Part shown: in pieces, positions 1-7,963 of the stretch | Layout of the letters: the number at the start of each line of letters is the position of its first letter | Numbering within the stretch: the stretch's first letter is position 1 | Assembly: GCA_964546795.1 (NCBI GenBank) | Contig: CAZJKG010000004.1 | Span: 18,994-82,993 of the forward strand | From: an uncultured Candidatus Saccharibacteria bacterium | Lineage (GTDB): Bacteria; Patescibacteriota; Minisyncoccia; Phycocordibacterales; Phycocordibacteraceae | Reading direction: 5' to 3' | DNA length: 64,000 nt | The notes under the pieces: generated by a model | Seen by the model: the letters and a program-made list of their open reading frames with translations, nothing else | Database searches by the model: none | Told to the model about the DNA's origin: nothing | Position numbers and translations under genes: made by a program

Positions 1-21
1 GGAATCTCGGCTAACCAAGAT

Positions 22-1476
22 TTATCTTGGTATATCTTTTATGTCCTTTTCTATCTCCTGTTCCGATTGGTCAAGCAACTTCTTGAATCGGGCGATAATC
101 TTCTCTTCCTCGCGAGTCAATTCGCGAGCTGATTTCACTCGTTCGAGTTTGAGTACCTCTTCCGTGATGGCATCTTTGAGATTATCGAATTTCTTATGAA
201 TGTGCGTTTCAGTAATGCTGAGTTGATGATTGAGGCGGCGGCGATACGCAGAAAAATGAACGTGGATATACCATGCCGCGAACAGTAGCGTACCGAGTAT
301 CGCAAGCACGATGAATATGAGTGAAATGTAGTTGACGGTTAACCATCCGAACGCAAAGAAATCAAATGGCTCTGGCTGCGCGGTTCCCTCGGTAATGAAG
401 AATCTTCCATTTGCAAGCGAGAAGTTCCCCGCCTTGTCATACGCTCGCACCAGGAGCATATGCGCTCCCGGATCTGCAGATATGGCATACGGCTTACTCC
501 CCTCATCGGCGGTGACTGTGAATTCTTTTCCATCGACTGCAACCTGATAATGGTCAATGCCGGAAAGTTCATCGGTCGCCGCAAAGAGCGCAGAGATCGA
601 ATTCCCGGATGGTGTCGTTGTCCCTTGCGGGAACAGTACCGTAAACGGAAGAGGTGATGCGGTATCAATTTGTATCCTATAGGTACTTATAGGACCCCAT
701 CCGCTTGGATCTCTTTCTTGTACATGGAAGTACCAGATACCGCCATCAAGCTGTAACTCTTTGTGTGATATTGGATCGCTATAGAGAACACTGGGTTTTC
801 CTTCCTCATTTTTATCGTATCCGAGACGTACAGAGGTAACACCTTGTGCATTGGTCCAATCAAACACCGCGTGAGCGAGTTTATACCATTGTGTTTCATT
901 TGGGTGCGTCGACGAAGTGATATGAGCGAGAAGTCCGACACCCGACACTGGAGAAGAAACACTTGGAGGAGGTGGTTCGGACTGCGGCTGGGAAGCGCTA
1001 ATATTTATCGTGGATGATTGGGTCCCCGTTAAAATATTCGTGCCATTGCCATCATTTGCGAGCACTTCGGATGATGAAGAAAATGTAACTGCCGCAGTAC
1101 CCTCTTTCTTCGCACGAAATTGAATTAAAAGAACTTGTCTGCGGCTGCCGATATATCCCGGATTCGGCACAACGCCGCTAAAGGAAATAGTCCCGTCATT
1201 ATTTGAGTAGGTAGGGTCTTGTACCCACAATGATAAAACGGAATTCGTTTTTGATATCGAAACTACTTGCAGGAGGTCTTCCGAGAAAGATAGCGTTCCA
1301 GAAATGGCGTTCATTGCCTGGTCGGCGCTCGTCACCACCACGGTTTCCGTGACGATTGCACCGATACCAATGCTAGTATTTAAGGGCGTTAGCCCAAGTG
1401 TCGCCGCTAGTGCCGAAGTAGGCAGCAAGAAAAACACTATCAGGGCAAGCAGATATGCTCGAAGGTACAATGTCAT
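22..1476 (-). CDS. Secreted, membrane-anchored cohesin-domain protein with Ig-like domains
   Basis: Signal peptide, cohesin-like N-terminal beta-domain (AMNAISGTLSFS...SLWVQDP...NDGNGT), C-terminal TM helix and coiled tail. Confidence 0.7.
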   Translation of the reverse strand: MTLYLRAYLLALIVFFLLPTSALAATLGLTPLNTSIGIGAIVTETVVVTSADQAMNAISGTLSFSEDLLQVVSISKTNSVLSLWVQDPTYSNNDGTISFSGVVPNPGYIGSRRQVLLIQFRAKKEGTAAVTFSSSSEVLANDGNGTNILTGTQSSTINISASQPQSEPPPPSVSSPVSGVGLLAHITSSTHPNETQWYKLAHAVFDWTNAQGVTSVRLGYDKNEEGKPSVLYSDPISHKELQLDGGIWYFHVQERDPSGWGPISTYRIQIDTASPLPFTVLFPQGTTTPSGNSISALFAATDELSGIDHYQVAVDGKEFTVTADEGSKPYAISADPGAHMLLVRAYDKAGNFSLANGRFFITEGTAQPEPFDFFAFGWLTVNYISLIFIVLAILGTLLFAAWYIHVHFSAYRRRLNHQLSITETHIHKKFDNLKDAITEEVLKLERVKSARELTREEEKIIARFKKLLDQSEQEIEKDIKDIPR

Positions 1477-1482
1477 ACATTC

Positions 1483-2358
1483 TTATCGCCTTCCCCACCA
1501 TCTCCTCCAGAGGAAAACGAGTAACATAAGTATAACTAGAAACGCAAACATTTCATATGCGGTGAGGAGGCGCTGAGGTGGAAAAACACTAAGTCGTTCG
1601 TTACCGGCCCGGTCAACCGCCTTGATGTATATCGTGCTCGTGAGCCGCTGATCGATGATCTTATAAGGGCTTATGTCTTCTTTCCATGAAGGTGGAAAAA
1701 GCCAAAATAGGAACGATGGCAAACGGCTCTCAGTAACGGTATAGCGGTCAATTCCTGAGCCCTTATCAACCGCCGAAAAGGCGAGATAGGACCGACCGTT
1801 AAACAATTGAGGATCGCTTCCTTTGTATACAGTGAAGGGTTCTGGTGGAATCTGATCAGTTGGTTCCGTATATCCTCCAAACGGTTTTGGTTCAATGGAA
1901 AGAGTGAGTGATTTTGTTGTTGTCGGTTCATTTCCTCCTAAGCCGTCATTACGTAGCACTTCGATATCCTTGAGGGAGACCGTGGCTGTACCCGCGGCTT
2001 TCACTCGAAACAGAACTGAAAACAAAGTGCCGTCACTACCGGAAAATCCTCCGGGAGTAATTCCTGCAAATATGATCGGCATATCCGCATGAATCACAGG
2101 GCGAGTGATCCACATATTTATGAGCGAATTGCCATCGCTTATGGTAATCGGTTCCAGTGCGGCTTCGGAATAAAACAGTGTTCCGGAAAAAGCGTTGGCA
2201 GGAACGGTACTCGTAAGAAGAACGTCCACTCGCACCGTATCGCCAGCACCGATATCAGCGGGTTGCGCTTGAAGTGACATACTTGCCGCGGACGCCACCA
2301 TCGGTGACAGTAACGAAAGCAGAACAATGCAGATAGAAATTTGTTTGTGTACAGTCAT
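1483..2358 (-). CDS. Cohesin-domain protein with C-terminal TM anchor
   Basis: Paralogous to the 22..1476 N-terminus (ANAFSGTLFYS...NMWITRP...RNDGLG); start placed at MTVHKQ so it does not overlap the upstream gene. Confidence 0.7.
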   Translation of the reverse strand: MTVHKQISICIVLLSLLSPMVASAASMSLQAQPADIGAGDTVRVDVLLTSTVPANAFSGTLFYSEAALEPITISDGNSLINMWITRPVIHADMPIIFAGITPGGFSGSDGTLFSVLFRVKAAGTATVSLKDIEVLRNDGLGGNEPTTTKSLTLSIEPKPFGGYTEPTDQIPPEPFTVYKGSDPQLFNGRSYLAFSAVDKGSGIDRYTVTESRLPSFLFWLFPPSWKEDISPYKIIDQRLTSTIYIKAVDRAGNERLSVFPPQRLLTAYEMFAFLVILMLLVFLWRRWWGRR

Positions 2359-2362
2359 GATG

Positions 2363-3688
2363 TTAGCCCGTCCAACGAGCGGCAAGGATGGAGAAGTCGG
2401 TGAGGTTAACTTTACCGTCGTTATTGAGGTCCGCTTTCGTTCCATTACCAGAAAGTGTTCGTTTATACCAATAGGCCACTATGGAGAAATCAACAAGGTT
2501 GACGCGCGTGTCAGTATTAATATCGCCAATGCTAGTTTTTTTAACCAGTTCCGCTAAGACATTTTTTGTTCCCACTTTGAAATTCACTGCGGGACTGAGT
2601 CCACTTACAAGCTGATTTCCTATAAGTGCTTTTGATTGGGCACTGTGCGAACCATATTCAAGCACCGAACTGTCAAAGTTATACAGATAGACACCGATCT
2701 TATCAGAAATCGTTTTCCCAAAGTATGTTTGGTCCGAATTGACAGAAATGACAATATCGCTTTGCGGGGCCGATTGTCCGAAAAGTGTGATGATATCGCC
2801 TCGATTTACTTCACTCTTGTTCGCCGCAATGGTTGGTGCAATGAAAATACCCGTCACATTCGTTGTAACGCCAGCGGTTAAACTTACGGGAAAAGAGAGG
2901 AGTGCTGAGCGATTGCCGTTATTGTCTTCACTGTACACCGAAAAAATAAAATTTCCCGCGCTGAGATTCGCTACGTTTATCTGAAACGTAGCATCTGGCC
3001 CTGCGATTGATGTGGCTACAACTTGCGCATCCTTGAGAATCGTAACTGTTCTGCTCGGGTATGCTCTGCCGCTAAAGTTTGCGCCGGTGTTTGAGACAGG
3101 AATTATTGCACCGCCTCCTCCTCCGCCACCGCCACCGCCACCTCCTCCGCCACCGCCACTATCAGAAGCTGCGGGGGTTCCCGACGTCTGTGTTGATGTT
3201 GCAATTCTGTTACCAAACGCATCTTTAGGGTTAACGACAAAATAATACGTTGTGCCATTCGTGAGCCCTGTCCTCGTTGAGGAAGTCACATTTCCTAGCG
3301 AAGAATACGTGTAAGGACCGCCAGAGGTTGTGGACTGTCCGACGTCATATCCCGAGACCGTCCAACCTATAAATCCTTCCGAGGCCGTCCAGGTGAGTGC
3401 CACTTGAGCATCGCCGGCCGTCGCGCCAACGGCCGGCGTTGATACGAAAGGATACGCGATAAAACCAGGATTGATACTGAAGGAGGTTGCACTGCTCGTA
3501 CTGTGGGCAAATTCGGAAATACTGCTGAAGAGCGTGAAGCTACTTGAAGTCGCGTATCCGCCTGGATTCATGACCGGGCTAAGCACTTGATAAGTGGTGG
3601 AAGTAAGATCTTCCGCATGAGCGATATCGAATCCGATACTCACGAAGAGCAAGAGAAATGTTCCCCATCGAAAGATTCTTTTACACAT
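2363..3688 (-). CDS. Secreted FN3 + dockerin-like protein
   Basis: Signal peptide, FN3 motif (GLTNGTTYYFVV), poly-Gly linker, duplicated dockerin-like Ca loops GDINTDTRVNLVDFS / DLNNDGKVNLTDFS. Confidence 0.75.
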   Translation of the reverse strand: MCKRIFRWGTFLLLFVSIGFDIAHAEDLTSTTYQVLSPVMNPGGYATSSSFTLFSSISEFAHSTSSATSFSINPGFIAYPFVSTPAVGATAGDAQVALTWTASEGFIGWTVSGYDVGQSTTSGGPYTYSSLGNVTSSTRTGLTNGTTYYFVVNPKDAFGNRIATSTQTSGTPAASDSGGGGGGGGGGGGGGGGAIIPVSNTGANFSGRAYPSRTVTILKDAQVVATSIAGPDATFQINVANLSAGNFIFSVYSEDNNGNRSALLSFPVSLTAGVTTNVTGIFIAPTIAANKSEVNRGDIITLFGQSAPQSDIVISVNSDQTYFGKTISDKIGVYLYNFDSSVLEYGSHSAQSKALIGNQLVSGLSPAVNFKVGTKNVLAELVKKTSIGDINTDTRVNLVDFSIVAYWYKRTLSGNGTKADLNNDGKVNLTDFSILAARWTG

Positions 3689-3724
3689 GGAGCAAGCACT
3701 ACATATCGTAGCACGCTACTTCTG

Positions 3725-3809
3725 CGGAGGCGGAGAGATTCGAACTCTCGGAGGGTTGCCCCTCACATGCTTTCCAAGCATGCGCACTAGACCGCTATGC
3801 GACGCCTCC
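3725..3809 (-). tRNA. tRNA-Ser(GGA)
   Basis: GGAGGCG/CGCCTCC acceptor, loop TTGGAAA, long variable arm, GTTCGAATC T-arm, G73. Confidence 0.95.
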
Positions 3810-3811
3810 TT

Positions 3812-4054
3812 TTATAAACCAAACTCACGTTTGATTTCCTCTCTTTTATACCCTTTTTTGTACTCTCGCTCAAGACGCACAGATTCCATTTCAGATTCAG
3901 TCTCAATAGTTTTCAATAACATAAATGGTGTACGGGATTTTGTGGCAGGCACGGCACCACGATTATGCTCCGCCAAACGTCTTTTGATATCATTGGTCCG
4001 CCCAATATAAAAATGGTTGTCCTTCAAACTCTTCAAGATGTAAACAAAGTACAT
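3812..4054 (-). CDS. Small GIY-YIG nuclease
   Basis: MYFVYILKS...FYIGRT...RRLAEHN motif, 80 aa. Confidence 0.9.
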   Translation of the reverse strand: MYFVYILKSLKDNHFYIGRTNDIKRRLAEHNRGAVPATKSRTPFMLLKTIETESEMESVRLEREYKKGYKREEIKREFGL

Positions 4055-4068
4055 ATAAGTTCAAGGTA

Positions 4069-4116
4069 GTGTACTAGACCCCTGCCTGCCGGCAGGCAGG
4101 ACTATGCGACGCCTCC
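4069..4116 (-). pseudogene. Duplicated 5' fragment of tRNA-Ser interrupted by a 20-bp palindrome
   Basis: GGAGGCGTCGCATAG[T]..GGTCTAGT matches the tRNA-Ser 5' end, with CCTGCCTGCCGGCAGGCAGG inserted at 4081-4100. Confidence 0.85.
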
Positions 4117-4243
4117 GTACCCCAAAGGGCCCCGTTAGGGTGTTTCTGTTATAACAGACAAACTTCTTATTTTCCAAGCAAGGCCTTTATTCTTTCTTGA
4201 ATCGGAGGCCGCGCCTACATTCGCGGACTCACTCGGCGCGGCA

Positions 4244-5149
4244 CTAGATGCTTTTGTTTGATCCAAGCAAAGCTTGGATCCTACTTGGAATCGTCGGGTG
4301 TGTGGAGAACATCCCTTCAATCCAACCGCCGATGCTGCTCGATTTTTTCCCAAAAGGATCGCCAATGAAGAGGTGCGCTGTTGCTGTATTGGCACTCTTC
4401 ATTGGCGAAGCATAATTCCCGATTTTTCCGAGCGCGGATGCAAGACCTTCGGGATAGCGAGTAAGCAGAGCGCCTGAAGCATCCGCAAGATATTCACGGC
4501 GGCGCGAGACGGCAAGCTGAATAAGTTTCGCGGCCACAGGCGCGAGCACGATGCCGACGACGGCGAGGACCATTATGAGCGCGTTTCCGTTCTTAGTATC
4601 GCTTCGACCTCCACTATGGAGCGAGATTCGTAAAAAAATATCAGCAACGATAGCAACAAATCCGGCAAGCACTACCGCGATCGTCATGAGAAGCATATCG
4701 CGGTTCTTGATATGCGAAAGTTCATGACCGATGACGCCTTCAAGCTCCGGCCGCGACATCATAGAGAGGAGACCGGTCGTCGCACAGACGACCGCATGTT
4801 GTTCGTCGCGGCCAGTCGCGAATGCGTTCGGCGCCGGATCATCTATCACATAGAGCTTCGGCGTAGGGAGTCCTGCCGTAATCGCGAGGTTCTCCGTAAC
4901 GGTGTAGAAGTCAAAGAATTCTTCTCGGGTCGCCTTTCGTGCATGATTCAAAGAAAGAACGAGTGTGTCCGATGCCCAATACGCATAGAAATTCGTCGCC
5001 ACCGCGATAACGACCGCGATATAGAGAATGGAAGAATCGTTGTAATACCACGAGATCGCATAACCAACAGCGATGACAACTATCAAGAACCCTAGAACGA
5101 GTGCCCAGGTTCGGCGAATATTAGACGTGCGCTGTTCATACAGATTCAT
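4244..5149 (-). CDS. htpX: M48 zinc metalloprotease HtpX
   Basis: PNAFATG, HELSH, REYLAD, STHP motifs; downstream of lemA. Confidence 0.9.
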   Translation of the reverse strand: MNLYEQRTSNIRRTWALVLGFLIVVIAVGYAISWYYNDSSILYIAVVIAVATNFYAYWASDTLVLSLNHARKATREEFFDFYTVTENLAITAGLPTPKLYVIDDPAPNAFATGRDEQHAVVCATTGLLSMMSRPELEGVIGHELSHIKNRDMLLMTIAVVLAGFVAIVADIFLRISLHSGGRSDTKNGNALIMVLAVVGIVLAPVAAKLIQLAVSRRREYLADASGALLTRYPEGLASALGKIGNYASPMKSANTATAHLFIGDPFGKKSSSIGGWIEGMFSTHPTIPSRIQALLGSNKSI

Positions 5150-5155
5150 AGAGGT

Positions 5156-5641
5156 TTAATGCCGTTTCCATTCGTATTTCTCGCCCTTTCGTAATGCGTC
5201 CGCCATAGCGAGCTCATCATAGATACCATCAAGAAGTTCGTACTGCTTTGCCTCTTCAGTATTCACCCATTCGTAGGCATCGGCCTCTTCCTTCTGAAGC
5301 GTGATGTCTCCATCGACATAATCGGCCAAGCAGGAAAGGACTATCGAAGCGGCACCGTCCTTATGTTCTGTAGCGAGAGAGGTAACGTATCTCACATTCC
5401 CTATCGTGAGGCCGACTTCTTCCTGTATCTCCCGTGTGAGGGCTTTTTCCAAGACGTTGTACCAATAATGCTCAGTATCTTTGGGATAACTCATGAAGTC
5501 GGAGGGTTCCAGGTGCCCGCCCGGTACCGTCCACTTCCCCGGGAACCGCGACTTGGCCATTGAACGGCGCGTAATGAGATACTTTCCTTCTTTTTGAATT
5601 ATCGCCGTTATCACCACCTCAAATGGACTGTACTTACTCAC
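5156..5641 (-). CDS. NUDIX hydrolase
   Basis: PGGHLE...ALTREIQEEVGL Nudix box with insertion. Confidence 0.85.
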   Translation of the reverse strand: MSKYSPFEVVITAIIQKEGKYLITRRSMAKSRFPGKWTVPGGHLEPSDFMSYPKDTEHYWYNVLEKALTREIQEEVGLTIGNVRYVTSLATEHKDGAASIVLSCLADYVDGDITLQKEEADAYEWVNTEEAKQYELLDGIYDELAMADALRKGEKYEWKRH

Positions 5642-5646
5642 GATGG

Positions 5647-6213
5647 CTAGAATCGCACATTTACCGGATTGGCCGCCGCAGCATCGTCCGCGGTAAGTTC
5701 AAAAAGGTCCATCGGCTTAAATCCGAACGAAGAGGCAATAAGATTGCCTGGAAATGCCTGTTCCGCGGTATTGAGTGCCATGACAGTGGAATTATAAAAG
5801 CGGCGGGCGGCTTGTATTTTATCTTCGGTGTCGGACAACTCCTGCTGCAACCGCAGGAAGTTCTGATTCGCCTTCAGATCCGGATAGGCCTCTGAAACGG
5901 CAAAGAGCGTCTTTAGCGCTCCCGAAAGCTGATTCTCAGCGCGGGCCTGCGAAGAGGGGTTTGAACTGGAGGCGCCCATCGCTGCGGCGCGTGCTTTAGT
6001 AACGTTCTCAAAAGCGCCGGATTCGTGGGCCGCGTAGCCCTTCACCGTCTCCACCAGATTCGGGATGAGGTCATAGCGGCGCTTCAGCTGCACATTGATG
6101 TCAGCCCACGCCTCCTTCGCTTGATTAACGAGCGTTACAAGGCGGTTATAAGCAAAAATGACCCAGAGCACGACAAGTGCGATAACTATAAGAACGATTG
6201 TGGAGGTGGACAT
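5647..6213 (-). CDS. lemA: LemA family protein
   Basis: N-terminal TM, QLKRRYDLIPNLVETVKGYA, EAYPDLKAN. Confidence 0.95.
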   Translation of the reverse strand: MSTSTIVLIVIALVVLWVIFAYNRLVTLVNQAKEAWADINVQLKRRYDLIPNLVETVKGYAAHESGAFENVTKARAAAMGASSSNPSSQARAENQLSGALKTLFAVSEAYPDLKANQNFLRLQQELSDTEDKIQAARRFYNSTVMALNTAEQAFPGNLIASSFGFKPMDLFELTADDAAAANPVNVRF

Positions 6214-6279
6214 AGACAGAGTATATCCTATGTATGTTAGGATTCAAGCACGTTACTTTACTTAAAATAATTCATAGGT

Positions 6280-6771
6280 ATGAATGGAAATGTCATAGGG
6301 ACTGTTATTGTTTTGATCATTGTCATTGCTGGCGGTTGGTTTCTATTTTCGAAAACTCCGGCAAATGCCCCATCCACAATCACGACAGAAGAGGCGGCTG
6401 TGACGAGCACAACTATCGACGTGTCGCCTACGACGCCTACGACAGTCGTTTACAGCGATCAAGGATTCTCACCGGCAAGCATCACTGTCACTCTCGGTAC
6501 AACTGTAACGTTCGTGAATCAAAGTTCGGATGATATGTGGGTCGCTTCGGCTATGCATCCAGCGCATACCGTCTACAGCGGCACCAGTTTGAGCCAGCAT
6601 TGTCCTGATACGGATAGTTCTGCGTTCGATGAGTGCAAAGGTGATACATCCGGAAGTTCCTACTCCTTCACATTCAATAAAGAAGGTGTCTGGAAATATC
6701 ACGATCACCTAAATCCAACTCGATTTGGCACTATCATCGTGACTGCCGCACCAGCAGCTACACCGATCTAA
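6280..6771 (+). CDS. Membrane-anchored cupredoxin-like protein
   Basis: GFSPASITVTLGTTVTFVN, HPAH, YHDHLNP...GTIIV; paralog of 58706..59113. Confidence 0.75.
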   Translation: MNGNVIGTVIVLIIVIAGGWFLFSKTPANAPSTITTEEAAVTSTTIDVSPTTPTTVVYSDQGFSPASITVTLGTTVTFVNQSSDDMWVASAMHPAHTVYSGTSLSQHCPDTDSSAFDECKGDTSGSSYSFTFNKEGVWKYHDHLNPTRFGTIIVTAAPAATPI

Positions 6772-6790
6772 ATTGGAGAGAAATGCCGTC

Positions 6791-7927
6791 CTAGCGCACT
6801 GCTCGCGCGACGGCCGTGACTACGCGCGGGTCAAGGAGGTCGGGAATAATCTTAGCGGAAGAGGGTTTGGGGACAAGCGCCGCGAGCGCGCGGGCGGCGC
6901 GTATCTTGGTCTCTTGCGTTATTTTCTTGATGCCTTTGTCGAGCGCGCCGCGAAAGATGCCCGGAAATACGAGAGCATTGTTGATCTGGTTGGGATAATC
7001 GGAACGGCCGGTCGCGATGACTGCCGCTCCCGCCCTTCTCGCAGCATCCGGAAGGATTTCCGGATCGGGATTCGCCATAGCAAAGACGATTCCACGAGGA
7101 GCCATCAGTGCGACATGTTCGGCTTTAAGGAGTCCCTTCCCGGAGACGCCGATAAAAACGTCTGCATCTTTCATCGCTTCGGCGAGGCCTCCGCGCACTT
7201 TGCGCGGATTCGTGAGTTCAGCCAACTCGGCTTTGTGCGCATTCAACTCGGGGCGTTTCTTATAGATCGCGCCTGCGCGATCAAGGAGAATAATATCGGT
7301 GGCGCCCGCGGCGATGAGAAGTTTGGCAACCGCCGTGCCTGCCGCTCCCGCGCCGCTGATAACGACCCGTATCTTTCTGATATTCTTCTTCACCACCTTC
7401 ACTGCATTGAGCAGACCGGCAAGTACAACGATAGCCGTACCGTGCTGATCATCGTGCATTACGGGAATATTCAATTCCTCGACAAGCCGCCGTTCAATAT
7501 CAAAACATTTTGGCGCGGCGATGTCCTCAAGATTGATTCCGCCGAAAGCAGGCGCGATGGCCTTCACGATTCTCACTATCTCATCCGGGTCTTGCGTGTC
7601 GAGTACGAGAGGCCACGCATCGATATCCGCTTTTTCTTTAAAGATGAGCGCCTTCCCTTCCATGACGGGAAGCGCTCCGTATGGGCCGATGTTCCCTAGA
7701 CCGAGCACGGCGGAACCATCGGAGACGACTGCGACACTATTCCTCTTTATCGACATCGTTCGCGCGTCCGCAGGATGTTTTGCTAGATGTACGGATGCGG
7801 CACCGACGCCCGGCGTGTACCAGAGCGAGAAATCTTTTCTCCCAGCAAGCTTCACGCGAGCTTTTGTTCCTATCCGAGCGCCCTGCCTTTTGAAAGCAGC
7901 CAGTATCTTTTTCGATTTCGCGTCCAT
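6791..7927 (-). CDS. maeB: NAD(P)-dependent malic enzyme
   Basis: YTPGV, DGSAVLGLGNIG, INLEDIAAP, HDDQHGTA, GAGAAG, NQINNALVFPG. Confidence 0.9.
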   Translation of the reverse strand: MDAKSKKILAAFKRQGARIGTKARVKLAGRKDFSLWYTPGVGAASVHLAKHPADARTMSIKRNSVAVVSDGSAVLGLGNIGPYGALPVMEGKALIFKEKADIDAWPLVLDTQDPDEIVRIVKAIAPAFGGINLEDIAAPKCFDIERRLVEELNIPVMHDDQHGTAIVVLAGLLNAVKVVKKNIRKIRVVISGAGAAGTAVAKLLIAAGATDIILLDRAGAIYKKRPELNAHKAELAELTNPRKVRGGLAEAMKDADVFIGVSGKGLLKAEHVALMAPRGIVFAMANPDPEILPDAARRAGAAVIATGRSDYPNQINNALVFPGIFRGALDKGIKKITQETKIRAARALAALVPKPSSAKIIPDLLDPRVVTAVARAVR

Positions 7928-7963
7928 AAGAGACCGCTAGTATACCCCGGTTATACTATAAAA

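Noticed and set aside
3110-3158. CCN microsatellite as a phase-variation tract
   Set aside because: Mixed GGN codons encoding an ordinary poly-Gly linker; triplet changes would keep the frame
6773-7699. Long + strand ORF (308 aa), and similar ones at 23602-24240, 33015-33674, 33706-34542, 38342-38971, 40989-41681
   Set aside because: Antisense shadows of well-supported genes with no recognisable motifs
7787-7963. N-terminal extension of RecG in the ORF track
   Set aside because: Overlaps the divergent malic enzyme gene; GTG at 7964 after TATACT fits better
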